DNA of 50,125 nt from Beijerinckiaceae bacterium (GTDB lineage Bacteria; Pseudomonadota; Alphaproteobacteria; Rhizobiales; Beijerinckiaceae), in assembly GCA_051648665.1 (NCBI GenBank), contig JBOFFO010000092.1, forward strand, positions 1-50,125. The letters are read 5' to 3'. Below are positions 18,456 to 26,354 of the stretch, piece by piece. Below the pieces are notes generated by a model. It was not told where the DNA came from. It did not search any database and saw only the letters and a program-made list of their open reading frames with translations. The position numbers and the translations under genes are program-made. The stretch's first letter is position 1, and each line of letters begins with the position of its first letter.

Positions 18456-18938
18456 TCAGGCGCTGCGGCGACGCACGCCGGCAATGACATCGCGGACGCT
18501 CAGCACGCCAACAAGCGCGCCATCCTGCATGACCGGCACATGGCGGATGCGTTTTTCGTCCATCACACCGCAGAGATGATCCAGCGTATCGCCGAGCGTG
18601 CAGGAAATGACGGCGATGGTCATCACCGCGCCGAGTTTCATGGACATGGCAGCCGGGCCGTGCGTGTCGAGCAGGCGGACGACATCGCGCTCGGAAAACA
18701 TACCGACCACGACATGCCCCTCGGTAGCGCAGGCATCGGTGACGACCAGCGCCCCGACGCGTTCCTTCGCCATCATTGTGATGGCATCCTTCACAGTCTC
18801 GCTCATGCGAATGGTGATGATGCGCCGGCCACCCTTGGAATCTGATGGCTGCTGGCGAAGCAAGTCGGCAACTGTTTCTACCGCACGCAGTGGCAGGACC
18901 GGAGCGGCAGCGCTAACGGGATTGAGTGCTGCACCCAT
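18456..18938 (-). CDS. Stand-alone CBS-pair domain protein
   Basis: TVKDAITMM, VGALVV, GMFSERD, IRHVPV, LVGVLSVRDV; GGAGG RBS before ATG 18938. Confidence 0.85.
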   Translation of the reverse strand: MGAALNPVSAAAPVLPLRAVETVADLLRQQPSDSKGGRRIITIRMSETVKDAITMMAKERVGALVVTDACATEGHVVVGMFSERDVVRLLDTHGPAAMSMKLGAVMTIAVISCTLGDTLDHLCGVMDEKRIRHVPVMQDGALVGVLSVRDVIAGVRRRSA

Positions 18939-18966
18939 GACGAACCTCCAGTGGCTGCATGCTCTT

Positions 18967-18983
18967 TGGCATGCCACATACCA
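18967..18983. promoter_or_regulatory. 17-bp palindromic operator copy (oxalate-island motif) upstream of the CBS gene
   Basis: tggcatgccacatacca (reverse tggtatgtggcatgcca), resembling the sites at 23601, 27990 and 28069. Confidence 0.6.
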
Positions 18984-19089
18984 GCTTAGCCTTCAGCCTT
19001 TCCGTGTCAATGGCGTTGCGTCACTTCGCATAAAAATTGGGTGCGGATAGCCGCGATGTGGTCATCCGCAAGAGGTGCGTGGCTGGCCG

Positions 19090-21873
19090 CTACTCGGCGG
19101 CGACCGCGTGCGCCGGCAGCTTTTCGATCCGTGCTGCGCAGTATTTGAACTCGGGGATTTTTCCCATCGGATCGAGTTGCGGGTTGGTGAGGAAATTGGC
19201 CGGCGCTTCGGCGAAGCAGAAGGGAATAAACAGCATGCCTTCCGCCACATCGCGATCCTGACGGACGCGCAATGTGACTTCGCCGCGACGGGTTGCGATC
19301 CGGACAAATTCTCCCGGCGCAATATCCAGTTTGCGCATATCGTGGCGGTTCATCCCGACAATCGCTTCAGGCTCCAGCGCATCCAACTGTGATGCGCGGC
19401 GCGTCATCGCGCCGGTGTGCCAATGTTCGAGCAGGCGGCCCGTGGTGAGCACCATCGGATATTCCGCATCGGGCACTTCATCCGGCGCGCGCAATTCTGC
19501 CGGCGTGATTTTTGCGCGGCCCGATGCGGTTGGAAAGGCGTTGACGAAGATAATATCATTTCCGGGCTTGTCAGGCGCCGGGCAAGGATAGGTAACCACA
19601 TCCTCCCGCTCCAGCCGGTCCCACGTGATGTTTTTCAGCGAGGGCATGACCTGCGTCATTTCTGCAAAGACATCGGAAACATGGGCATAATTCCACGCAA
19701 GGCCGATGCGGTGAGCCAATTCCTGCACCAGCTCCCAATCCTGCCGCGCTTCACCGGGCGGCGGCACAACGGGCCGGCCAATCTGCACCTGCCGGTTGGT
19801 ATTGGTAAAGGTGCCCCATTTTTCTGCGTGCGCAGATGCCGGCAGCACTACATCGGCGTGCCAAGCGGTTTCGGTGAGAAAAATATCCTGCACGACGAGA
19901 TGCTCCAGCGTCGCCAGCGCCTTGCGCGCATGGTTCTGGTCGGGGTCTGACATCGCGGGATTTTCACCCATGATGTACATGCCCTTGATCTCGCCATGCT
20001 CGATGGCGTGCATGATTTCAACGACGGTCAAACCGCGCTTTGCATCAAGCGTCGTGCCCCAGACATTCTCATACAGGCCGCGAATGTCGTTGTTCTCAAC
20101 CGATTTATAATCAGGGAAAAACATCGGGATCAGGCCGGCATCGGATGCGCCCTGCACATTATTCTGGCCGCGCAGCGGATGCAGACCGGTGCCGGGACGT
20201 CCGATCTGGCCCGTGGTCAGAGCGAGTGCAATCAGGCAACGCGAATTATCAGTGCCATGGGTGTGCTGCGAGACACCCATGCCCCAGAAAATAATCGACG
20301 CGCTGGATTTGGCGTAAAGCCGCGCTACTTCGCGGATGGTGCCGGCGGCAATGCCGCAGAGTGGCTCCATCGCCTCCGGAGAATAACTCTGCACGCTAGC
20401 CTTCAACGCCTCGAAGCCTTCGGTATGAGCCTGCACATATTGCACATCGACGAGATTCTCATTGACGATGACGTGCAGCATGGCATTGAGCAGCGCCACA
20501 TCGGTGCCGGGCTTGAATTGCAGCACATGGCTGGCGTGACGGCCCAGGCCCTGATTTTGGCCGCGCGGATCCATGACAATGAGTTTCGCGCCGCGTTTGG
20601 CGGCTGCCTTGATATAGGTCGCCGCAACGGGGTGATTTTCCGCGGGCCTTGCACCGATGACGATCATCACCTCCGCATCCTTGGCGGCGGTGAAGGGCGC
20701 GCTCACTGCACCGGAATTCAACCCTTCCATCAATGCTGCGACGGACGAGGCATGGCATAACCGCGTGCAGTGATCGACGTTGTTGGTGCCAAAGCCCTGC
20801 CGAATCAATTTCTGGAAGAGATAGGCTTCTTCATTGGATCCCTTGGCGGAGCCGAAACCGGCGAGCGCCTTGCCGCCATCACGGGTATGAATTTTCTTGA
20901 GGCCTGATGCTGCGCGTTCCAGCGCCTCTTCCCATGTCGCCTCGCGAAAAACGCTCCACGGATTGGCAGGATCGACTTGCATCACCGCGTCCTTGCCCAC
21001 GCCTTCTTTGCGGATCAGCGGTTTCGTCAGGCGATGGGGATGATGAATATAGTCGAAGCCGAAGCGGCCCTTGACGCAGAGCCGGTTATTGTTGGCAGGC
21101 CCATCGCGGCCATCGACGTAAAGAATTTCGTTGCCCTTGATATGTGCGGTGGTCTGGCAGCCGACGCCGCAATAGGGGCAAACCGTATCAACGCTGTGGG
21201 TGGGATATTCGACGCGCACATTGTTGGCGTCGAGCAGCTTCGATTCCATGAGCGCGCCAGTGGGGCAGACCTGCACGCATTCACCGCAAGCCACGCAGGT
21301 GGATTCGCCCATTCCCTCATCAAAATCGAAAATTACCTTTGCGTCATGACCGCGATAGGCCATGCCGATGACCTCGTTCGATTGCACCTCGCGGCAGGCA
21401 CGCACGCACAGGCCACACTGGATGCAGGCATCGAGATTGACGGCGATGGCGGAATGGCTGCGGTCAGGTTGCGGCCGCCTATCGTTCGAGGGAAAGCGGC
21501 TGGTCGTGGTGACGCCCATGGCGCCGACCCAGTTCCAGAATTTCGACTGGTCGTCATGGGCTTGCTCTGGCTGCGGCTGATCGGCGACGAGCAGCTCGAA
21601 CACGAGCGCGCGGCCTTTGCTGGCACGCTCGCTTTGTGTTTTTACCTTCATGCCCGGCGTCGGCTGGCGCACGCAGGACGCCGCCAGCACGCGCTCGCCC
21701 TCAATTTCGACCACGCAGGCGCGGCAATTGCCATCGGCGCGATAGCCCGGTGCATCATGCCAGCACAGATGGGGAATGGTTGTGCCTTCGCGCTGCGCCA
21801 CCTGCCAGATGGTTTCTCCGGCTGCGGCTTCAACGGTCTTACCATCGAGTTCGAATGTGATTTTGTCTGACAT
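19090..21873 (-). CDS. fdhF: Formate dehydrogenase alpha subunit (Mo/W-bis-PGD, Cys ligand; Methylorubrum Fdh1A-like)
   Basis: N-terminal 2Fe-2S (CRAC), two 4Fe-4S motifs (CIQCGLCVRAC, CVACGECVQVCP), CPYCGVGC, CVKGRFG, CTRLCHASS, LRGQNNVQG, TTGRLLEHWHTG, IPEFK. Confidence 0.93.
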   Translation of the reverse strand: MSDKITFELDGKTVEAAAGETIWQVAQREGTTIPHLCWHDAPGYRADGNCRACVVEIEGERVLAASCVRQPTPGMKVKTQSERASKGRALVFELLVADQPQPEQAHDDQSKFWNWVGAMGVTTTSRFPSNDRRPQPDRSHSAIAVNLDACIQCGLCVRACREVQSNEVIGMAYRGHDAKVIFDFDEGMGESTCVACGECVQVCPTGALMESKLLDANNVRVEYPTHSVDTVCPYCGVGCQTTAHIKGNEILYVDGRDGPANNNRLCVKGRFGFDYIHHPHRLTKPLIRKEGVGKDAVMQVDPANPWSVFREATWEEALERAASGLKKIHTRDGGKALAGFGSAKGSNEEAYLFQKLIRQGFGTNNVDHCTRLCHASSVAALMEGLNSGAVSAPFTAAKDAEVMIVIGARPAENHPVAATYIKAAAKRGAKLIVMDPRGQNQGLGRHASHVLQFKPGTDVALLNAMLHVIVNENLVDVQYVQAHTEGFEALKASVQSYSPEAMEPLCGIAAGTIREVARLYAKSSASIIFWGMGVSQHTHGTDNSRCLIALALTTGQIGRPGTGLHPLRGQNNVQGASDAGLIPMFFPDYKSVENNDIRGLYENVWGTTLDAKRGLTVVEIMHAIEHGEIKGMYIMGENPAMSDPDQNHARKALATLEHLVVQDIFLTETAWHADVVLPASAHAEKWGTFTNTNRQVQIGRPVVPPPGEARQDWELVQELAHRIGLAWNYAHVSDVFAEMTQVMPSLKNITWDRLEREDVVTYPCPAPDKPGNDIIFVNAFPTASGRAKITPAELRAPDEVPDAEYPMVLTTGRLLEHWHTGAMTRRASQLDALEPEAIVGMNRHDMRKLDIAPGEFVRIATRRGEVTLRVRQDRDVAEGMLFIPFCFAEAPANFLTNPQLDPMGKIPEFKYCAARIEKLPAHAVAAE

Positions 21874-23585
21874 TATTTAGTCTCCGCAAAGTCGGCGGGA
21901 AAATGTTTCATGGCGCTGACGAGCGGGTTGGCCGCCGCCTGCCCGAGGCCGCAGATGGACGCATCACGCATCACCTGCGCGAGATCAGCATGGAGTTGCC
22001 GGTCCCAGTTGTTCCGTTCCATCATCGTCACAGCTTTTTCTGTGCCATTGCGGCAGGGCGTGCACTGGCCGCAGCTTTCGTCACGGAAAAACTTCATCAG
22101 GTTGAGTGCCACGTCCTTCATGTCATCTTGATCGGACAAAATGACGACCGCGTGCGAGCCGACGAAGGAGCCGTGTTTTTCAAGCTGGCCGAAATCGAGC
22201 GGAATATCGGCCATGCTCGCGGGCAAGATGCCGCCCGATGCGCCGCCGGGCAAGTAACCCTTGAACGTGTGGCCATCGACCATGCCGCCGCTGATGGCGA
22301 TGAGTTCTTCCGCCGTGACCCCGGCGGGGACCAGTTTCACACCGGGATTTTTGACGCGGCCTGAAACGGAATAGCTGCGCAGGCCCTTTGCGCCATTCTT
22401 GCCTTGCGATGCAAACCAATTGGCTCCCTTCGCAAGAATTTGCGGCACCCAGTAAAGCGTCTCGATGTTATTGACGAGGGTTGGACGGTTGAAAATGCCG
22501 ACCTGCGCCACATAGGGCGGGCGATGGCGGGGCAAGCCGCGCTTCCCCTCAATGGATTCGATCATTGCGGATTCTTCGCCGCAAATATAAGCGCCAGCGC
22601 CGCGGCGGAGATGGATTTTTGTATGGGGGCTGAGGCCCGCCGCTTCCACCGCGGCGATTTCGCGGGTGAGAATCTCGCGCGCAGCCGGATATTCGTCGCG
22701 CAGATAGATATAGACCGCCTCAGCTTCCACGGCCCATGCGCCGATGAGCATGCCTTCGAGAAAGGCATGCGGATTGGTTTCCAGATAATGCCGATCCTTG
22801 AAGGTGCCGGGTTCCCCCTCATCACCATTTACGGCCATCAGGCGCGGTCCGGGTGTGCCCCGTACCAGTCCCCATTTGCGGCCCGTAGGAAACCCTGCGC
22901 CGCCGAGGCCGCGCAAGCCGCCATCGGACAGTGTTGCAATCACGGATTCAATGGAACGGCTGCCCGCGAGGCATTCGTTGAGGACCGCATAACCGCCATC
23001 GCCGCGATAACGCGTAAAATCTGCATGGGCGGGAATTTCGGCATGCACATGCTTGTGTGCAGCCAGTTGACGCACTTTGTCCGCTGTCGCGTGATCGACA
23101 TGATGATGACCGACTTCGGCGGCGGGCGCTGTGGCGCAACTGCCGATGCAGGGCGCACGCAGCACGCGCACGCCTTGTGGCGGATTATTCTGCATTTCAG
23201 CAATCAATTTTTCCGCTCCCGCCATCATGCAGGACAGGGAATCGCAGATGCGGATGGTAATGGGGGCGGGTTTCTCTTCGCCATCGCGCACAATGGTGAA
23301 ATGCGCGTAGAAGGATGCGACTTCGTAAACCTCGGCCATGGGAATGCGCATCTCTTCAGCGAGCGCATGCATCATGCCCTCGGTCAGGCATCCGTCTGCA
23401 TCATTGATGACGTGAAGATATTCGATGAGCTCATCGCGCTGCAGCGTGCGACCGGCCAACATGGCGCGCAAGGCGTCGCGCTCCTGCGGCGCAAGCTGCC
23501 GGCCCTTGGGGAAAAAGGGCGCTTTGCGCCGTCCGGAGCCGGGGTGAATGGGGCGGCCACCCTGCGTGAAAGCAATCTGGTTCAT
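21873..23585 (-). CDS. NAD-dependent formate dehydrogenase beta subunit (fused NuoE/NuoF-like; Fdh1B-like)
   Basis: N-terminal PKGRQ...LIEYLH, CDSLSC/CIGSC 2Fe-2S, LRGLGGAGFPTG, NGDEGEPGTFKD, GAGAYICGEE, ESCGQCTPCR...SICGLG; TAATG overlap with alpha gene. Confidence 0.92.
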   Translation of the reverse strand: MNQIAFTQGGRPIHPGSGRRKAPFFPKGRQLAPQERDALRAMLAGRTLQRDELIEYLHVINDADGCLTEGMMHALAEEMRIPMAEVYEVASFYAHFTIVRDGEEKPAPITIRICDSLSCMMAGAEKLIAEMQNNPPQGVRVLRAPCIGSCATAPAAEVGHHHVDHATADKVRQLAAHKHVHAEIPAHADFTRYRGDGGYAVLNECLAGSRSIESVIATLSDGGLRGLGGAGFPTGRKWGLVRGTPGPRLMAVNGDEGEPGTFKDRHYLETNPHAFLEGMLIGAWAVEAEAVYIYLRDEYPAAREILTREIAAVEAAGLSPHTKIHLRRGAGAYICGEESAMIESIEGKRGLPRHRPPYVAQVGIFNRPTLVNNIETLYWVPQILAKGANWFASQGKNGAKGLRSYSVSGRVKNPGVKLVPAGVTAEELIAISGGMVDGHTFKGYLPGGASGGILPASMADIPLDFGQLEKHGSFVGSHAVVILSDQDDMKDVALNLMKFFRDESCGQCTPCRNGTEKAVTMMERNNWDRQLHADLAQVMRDASICGLGQAAANPLVSAMKHFPADFAETK

Positions 23586-23600
23586 GCGACACTCGCGAAC

Positions 23601-23617
23601 TGGGATGTGGCATACAA
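23601..23617. promoter_or_regulatory. 17-bp operator copy upstream of the FDH beta gene
   Basis: tgggatgtggcatacaa, 16 nt upstream of the FDH beta start. Confidence 0.5.
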
Positions 23618-23625
23618 GCCCGTTC

Positions 23626-23676
23626 TTGATAGCTATTCAAATAGAAGATTTGGAATGATTGATAGTTATTATCTAT
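23626..23676. promoter_or_regulatory. Putative LysR binding region of the fdh promoter
   Basis: AT-rich; ATAG-N7-CTAT dyad (T-N11-A) at 23662-23676 and a direct repeat ttgatagYtatt at 23626 and 23659. Confidence 0.6.
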
Positions 23677-24599
23677 TAAAAGTCGCGGTCGGCTGCCACA
23701 AGTGCACTGGCCTGCGGCAGGTCCGGTTGTTGTGCAAGTGCCGCCAGGGCTTCTACCAGCGTGGACAGGGGCGCCCGGTCCGGCACAACAAGGCCAACCA
23801 GACGGGTGATGTCCGGTTCGGTGAGCGGATGTGCCTCAACCGTCTCCGGCAAGCCGATTGCTTTCAGCATGGGGGTCGGCACGATGCTGGACCAGGGGCC
23901 TACGCCGACCTGCGCGCACAGCGATATGATTGAATTGGTTTCAAACACGGTCTGCGGCTTGCGGCCAATGGCGCGGAAAACGCCATCGATAATGCGGCGG
24001 TTCTGCATGTCCTGCGTCAGCAGACAGAGCGGCAAATCCGCAGCTTCACGCCAAGTAACTGTGGCGCGTCCGCTGAATGGCCCGCCGCGATGGGTGAGCA
24101 AGCTATAGGTTTCGGCATAAAGCGGCTTGGGCTGCACCCGCTCCAGCGGTTCGTTGTCGAGATAGGTGATGGCGGCATCGAGATCGAATTCGTCAAGCCC
24201 GCGCTGGATTTCGATGGAGGAGCGCGACAGGACCGACACGGTCACCGAGGGAAAGCGGCTGGTGAAGGGCGCGATGATCGTGCCAACAACGGCCAGCGCC
24301 GTAGGAATAACGCCGATGCGGACGGAGCCGGCGAGGCCGGCGCGAAATTGCGCCACATCTGAGCGCAGCATGCCGCATTCGGCCAGAATGCGGCGGGCGC
24401 GTTCAAGCACCCGTTCACCCTCCGCTGTGAAGCCAGTGAAACGATGGCCGCGCTCGACAATCAGCACGCCCAGTTCCTGTTCAAGCTGGCGTATGCCGGC
24501 TGACAGCGAGGGTTGCGACACATTCAGGCTGGCTGCCGCACGCGCGAAATGCTTTTCACGGGCCAACGCAACCAGATATTCAAATTGCCGCAACAGCAT
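23676..24599 (-). CDS. LysR-family transcriptional regulator (probable formate dehydrogenase regulator)
   Basis: HFARAAASLNVSQPSLSAGIRQLEQELG HTH; position directly upstream of the fdh genes (alternative GTG start 24602). Confidence 0.9.
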   Translation of the reverse strand: MLLRQFEYLVALAREKHFARAAASLNVSQPSLSAGIRQLEQELGVLIVERGHRFTGFTAEGERVLERARRILAECGMLRSDVAQFRAGLAGSVRIGVIPTALAVVGTIIAPFTSRFPSVTVSVLSRSSIEIQRGLDEFDLDAAITYLDNEPLERVQPKPLYAETYSLLTHRGGPFSGRATVTWREAADLPLCLLTQDMQNRRIIDGVFRAIGRKPQTVFETNSIISLCAQVGVGPWSSIVPTPMLKAIGLPETVEAHPLTEPDITRLVGLVVPDRAPLSTLVEALAALAQQPDLPQASALVAADRDF

Positions 24600-24624
24600 C
24601 ACATTCCCTCATGTGGCCTTGATA

Positions 24625-24658
24625 CAAACAGAAAGGCCGGCGGGAAAGCCGCCGGCCT
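24625..24658 (-). terminator. Rho-independent terminator after tctB
   Basis: Minus strand aggccggcgg-ctttc-ccgccggcct followed by ttctgtttgt. Confidence 0.65.
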
Positions 24659-24683
24659 GTTGCCTGTGCGCAGCGTCGATGGG

Positions 24684-25199
24684 TCAGTAGCCGAGCGCCG
24701 CCTCCAGCGGCCCTTTCGGCAGAGGCACCAGAAACCAGACCTCGAACATCATGAAGCTGACCAGGGCAATGCCGCCAGCGACAGCGATGCATTTCAGGAT
24801 CGAGAATTTGCCGATCAGATACATGAAGCCGGCGATATAAATCGCCGAAGCAACATAAATTCCGATGACATGAATGGCGCCGACATAAACAATGGCGGGC
24901 ACAAAAATCGTTGCCATGCGCTTAAAGCCCTCGCGCGTCACCATGGTGCGCACACCGCTGGCATTGTAGGGCAGGGCGCGCCACAGGTTGATCAGGCTCG
25001 CGATCGTCATCACCACGGCGATATAGAACGGAAAATAGCCGGGCGCCGGGCCTTCATTCGGCTTCCAGCCGAAGCCGAGCCGGATGCTGTCCTTAATCAC
25101 GATGGCGCTAACAATCAGAAAAAAGACGGCGACGGCAATTTCCATCGTGCGGTAGTTGACCAGCGGCCGTTCTTCGGCGTCTTCAGTTTCATGCGACAT
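24684..25199 (-). CDS. tctB: Tripartite tricarboxylate transporter small permease TctB
   Basis: Four to five TM segments, GPAPGYFPF, C-terminal FEVWFLVPLPKGP. Confidence 0.88.
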   Translation of the reverse strand: MSHETEDAEERPLVNYRTMEIAVAVFFLIVSAIVIKDSIRLGFGWKPNEGPAPGYFPFYIAVVMTIASLINLWRALPYNASGVRTMVTREGFKRMATIFVPAIVYVGAIHVIGIYVASAIYIAGFMYLIGKFSILKCIAVAGGIALVSFMMFEVWFLVPLPKGPLEAALGY

Positions 25200-25228
25200 G
25201 CGAGGCGCTTTCAGTCAGGATCGGGGAC

Positions 25229-25255
25229 GCATCCGGCGCATGCTGCGCCGGATGC
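25229..25255. other. Perfect 12-bp stem-loop between tctC and tctB
   Basis: gcatccggcgca-tgc-tgcgccggatgc. Confidence 0.6.
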
Positions 25256-25269
25256 AGGATCAGATCAAA

Positions 25270-26292
25270 TCAGTTGGTGGCGAGGAAGCCCGCTTCCTTC
25301 ATCAGGTCGCGATGCAGGTTTTCGTTGGTGGCAACCCACTTCTCAAAATCCGCGCCGGTCAAGAAGGTCTGGTTGAATGCGCCTTTTTCCATGAATTCCT
25401 TCCAGTCCGGTGTCGCCATGACTTTCTTGAAGAGATCGACATAGAAAGCGATCTGGGCCGGCGTCGCGCCCTTGGGCATGAAGATGCCGCGCAGCATCTG
25501 ATACTCCACAGGCAAACCAGATTCCTTGCAGGTGGGAATATCGCTCCACGCCATCGTTTCCGTCACTTTGGCAGTATAGGTCGAGCGCTTGGAATCAAAG
25601 ATGCAAAGCGCGCGAAGCTGGTTGGCGCGCCACTGCGAAACGGCCTCAATGGGGTTATTGACAGTGGAATCCACATGCTTGCCAACAAGCTGGACCGCAA
25701 CCGCGCCGCCGCCGGCGTAGGGCACATAGGTGAATTTCTTGCCGCCGGTTTGTTTTTCAACGGCAACCGTTACAATCTGGTCTTCCTGCTTGGATCCCGT
25801 GCCGCCCATCTTGAATTGCCGGTCATCGCCTTTCTTCACAGCCTCGATATATTCAGCCGCTGTCTTGTAAGGCGTTTCGGCATTGACCCAGAGAATGAAT
25901 TGGTCAAGCGCCAGCATTGCAACAGGTTGCAAATCTTTCCAGCTGAACGGCGATCCCGTTGCGAGCGGGGTGGTGAAGAGATTTGACAGGGTAATGATCA
26001 GCTTGTGCGGATCACGCTGGCTGGCCTTCATTTCAAGAAAGCCTTCAGCGCCAGCGCCGCCGCCTTTGTTCACGACAATCAGCGGCTGCTTCATCAGGTT
26101 ATGTTTCTGAATCACGCCTTGCACAAAACGCGCCATCTGGTCGGCGCCGCCACCGGTGCCGGCGGGAATCACGAACGTCACCGGCTTCTGCGGCTCCCAC
26201 GCCTGCGCACGGGCGTGGGCGGTCATCGTCAGCACGGTGGCCGCAGCGGTTGCGGCCAGCGTCATCGCTTTACGAACATTCAGCACTCGCAT
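25270..26292 (-). CDS. tctC: Tripartite tricarboxylate transporter substrate-binding protein TctC (Bug family)
   Basis: Signal peptide, WEPQKPVTFVIPAGTGGGADQMAR, NKGGGAG, VPYAGGG, PTCKESG; GGAGG RBS before ATG 26292. Confidence 0.9.
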   Translation of the reverse strand: MRVLNVRKAMTLAATAAATVLTMTAHARAQAWEPQKPVTFVIPAGTGGGADQMARFVQGVIQKHNLMKQPLIVVNKGGGAGAEGFLEMKASQRDPHKLIITLSNLFTTPLATGSPFSWKDLQPVAMLALDQFILWVNAETPYKTAAEYIEAVKKGDDRQFKMGGTGSKQEDQIVTVAVEKQTGGKKFTYVPYAGGGAVAVQLVGKHVDSTVNNPIEAVSQWRANQLRALCIFDSKRSTYTAKVTETMAWSDIPTCKESGLPVEYQMLRGIFMPKGATPAQIAFYVDLFKKVMATPDWKEFMEKGAFNQTFLTGADFEKWVATNENLHRDLMKEAGFLATN

Positions 26293-26354
26293 GATTTTCG
26301 TCCTCCCGAGATGGTTTTGGTTTTTCAGCCTGTTTGTCGTTTTATCAGCAGCGC

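Noticed and set aside
20740-20780. Possible selenocysteine at the FDH active site
   Set aside because: The ORF is uninterrupted and encodes Cys (CTRLCHASS); no in-frame TGA
21873-23585. Call as complex I subunit nuoF
   Set aside because: Translationally coupled to an FDH alpha subunit, and no other nuo genes are present
22404-23933. 509-aa plus-strand ORF, and other long antisense ORFs (2123-3163, 7176-8360, 8524-9705, 15707-16915, 17124-18179, 26949-28127, 27977-29029)
   Set aside because: Shadow ORFs opposite well-supported genes in high-GC DNA; no recognisable motifs
9967-25255. Intergenic hairpins (9967, 24634, 25229) as a REP/MITE or CRISPR-like repeat family
   Set aside because: They share no sequence with one another and are single stem-loops; no spaced direct repeats or transposase were found
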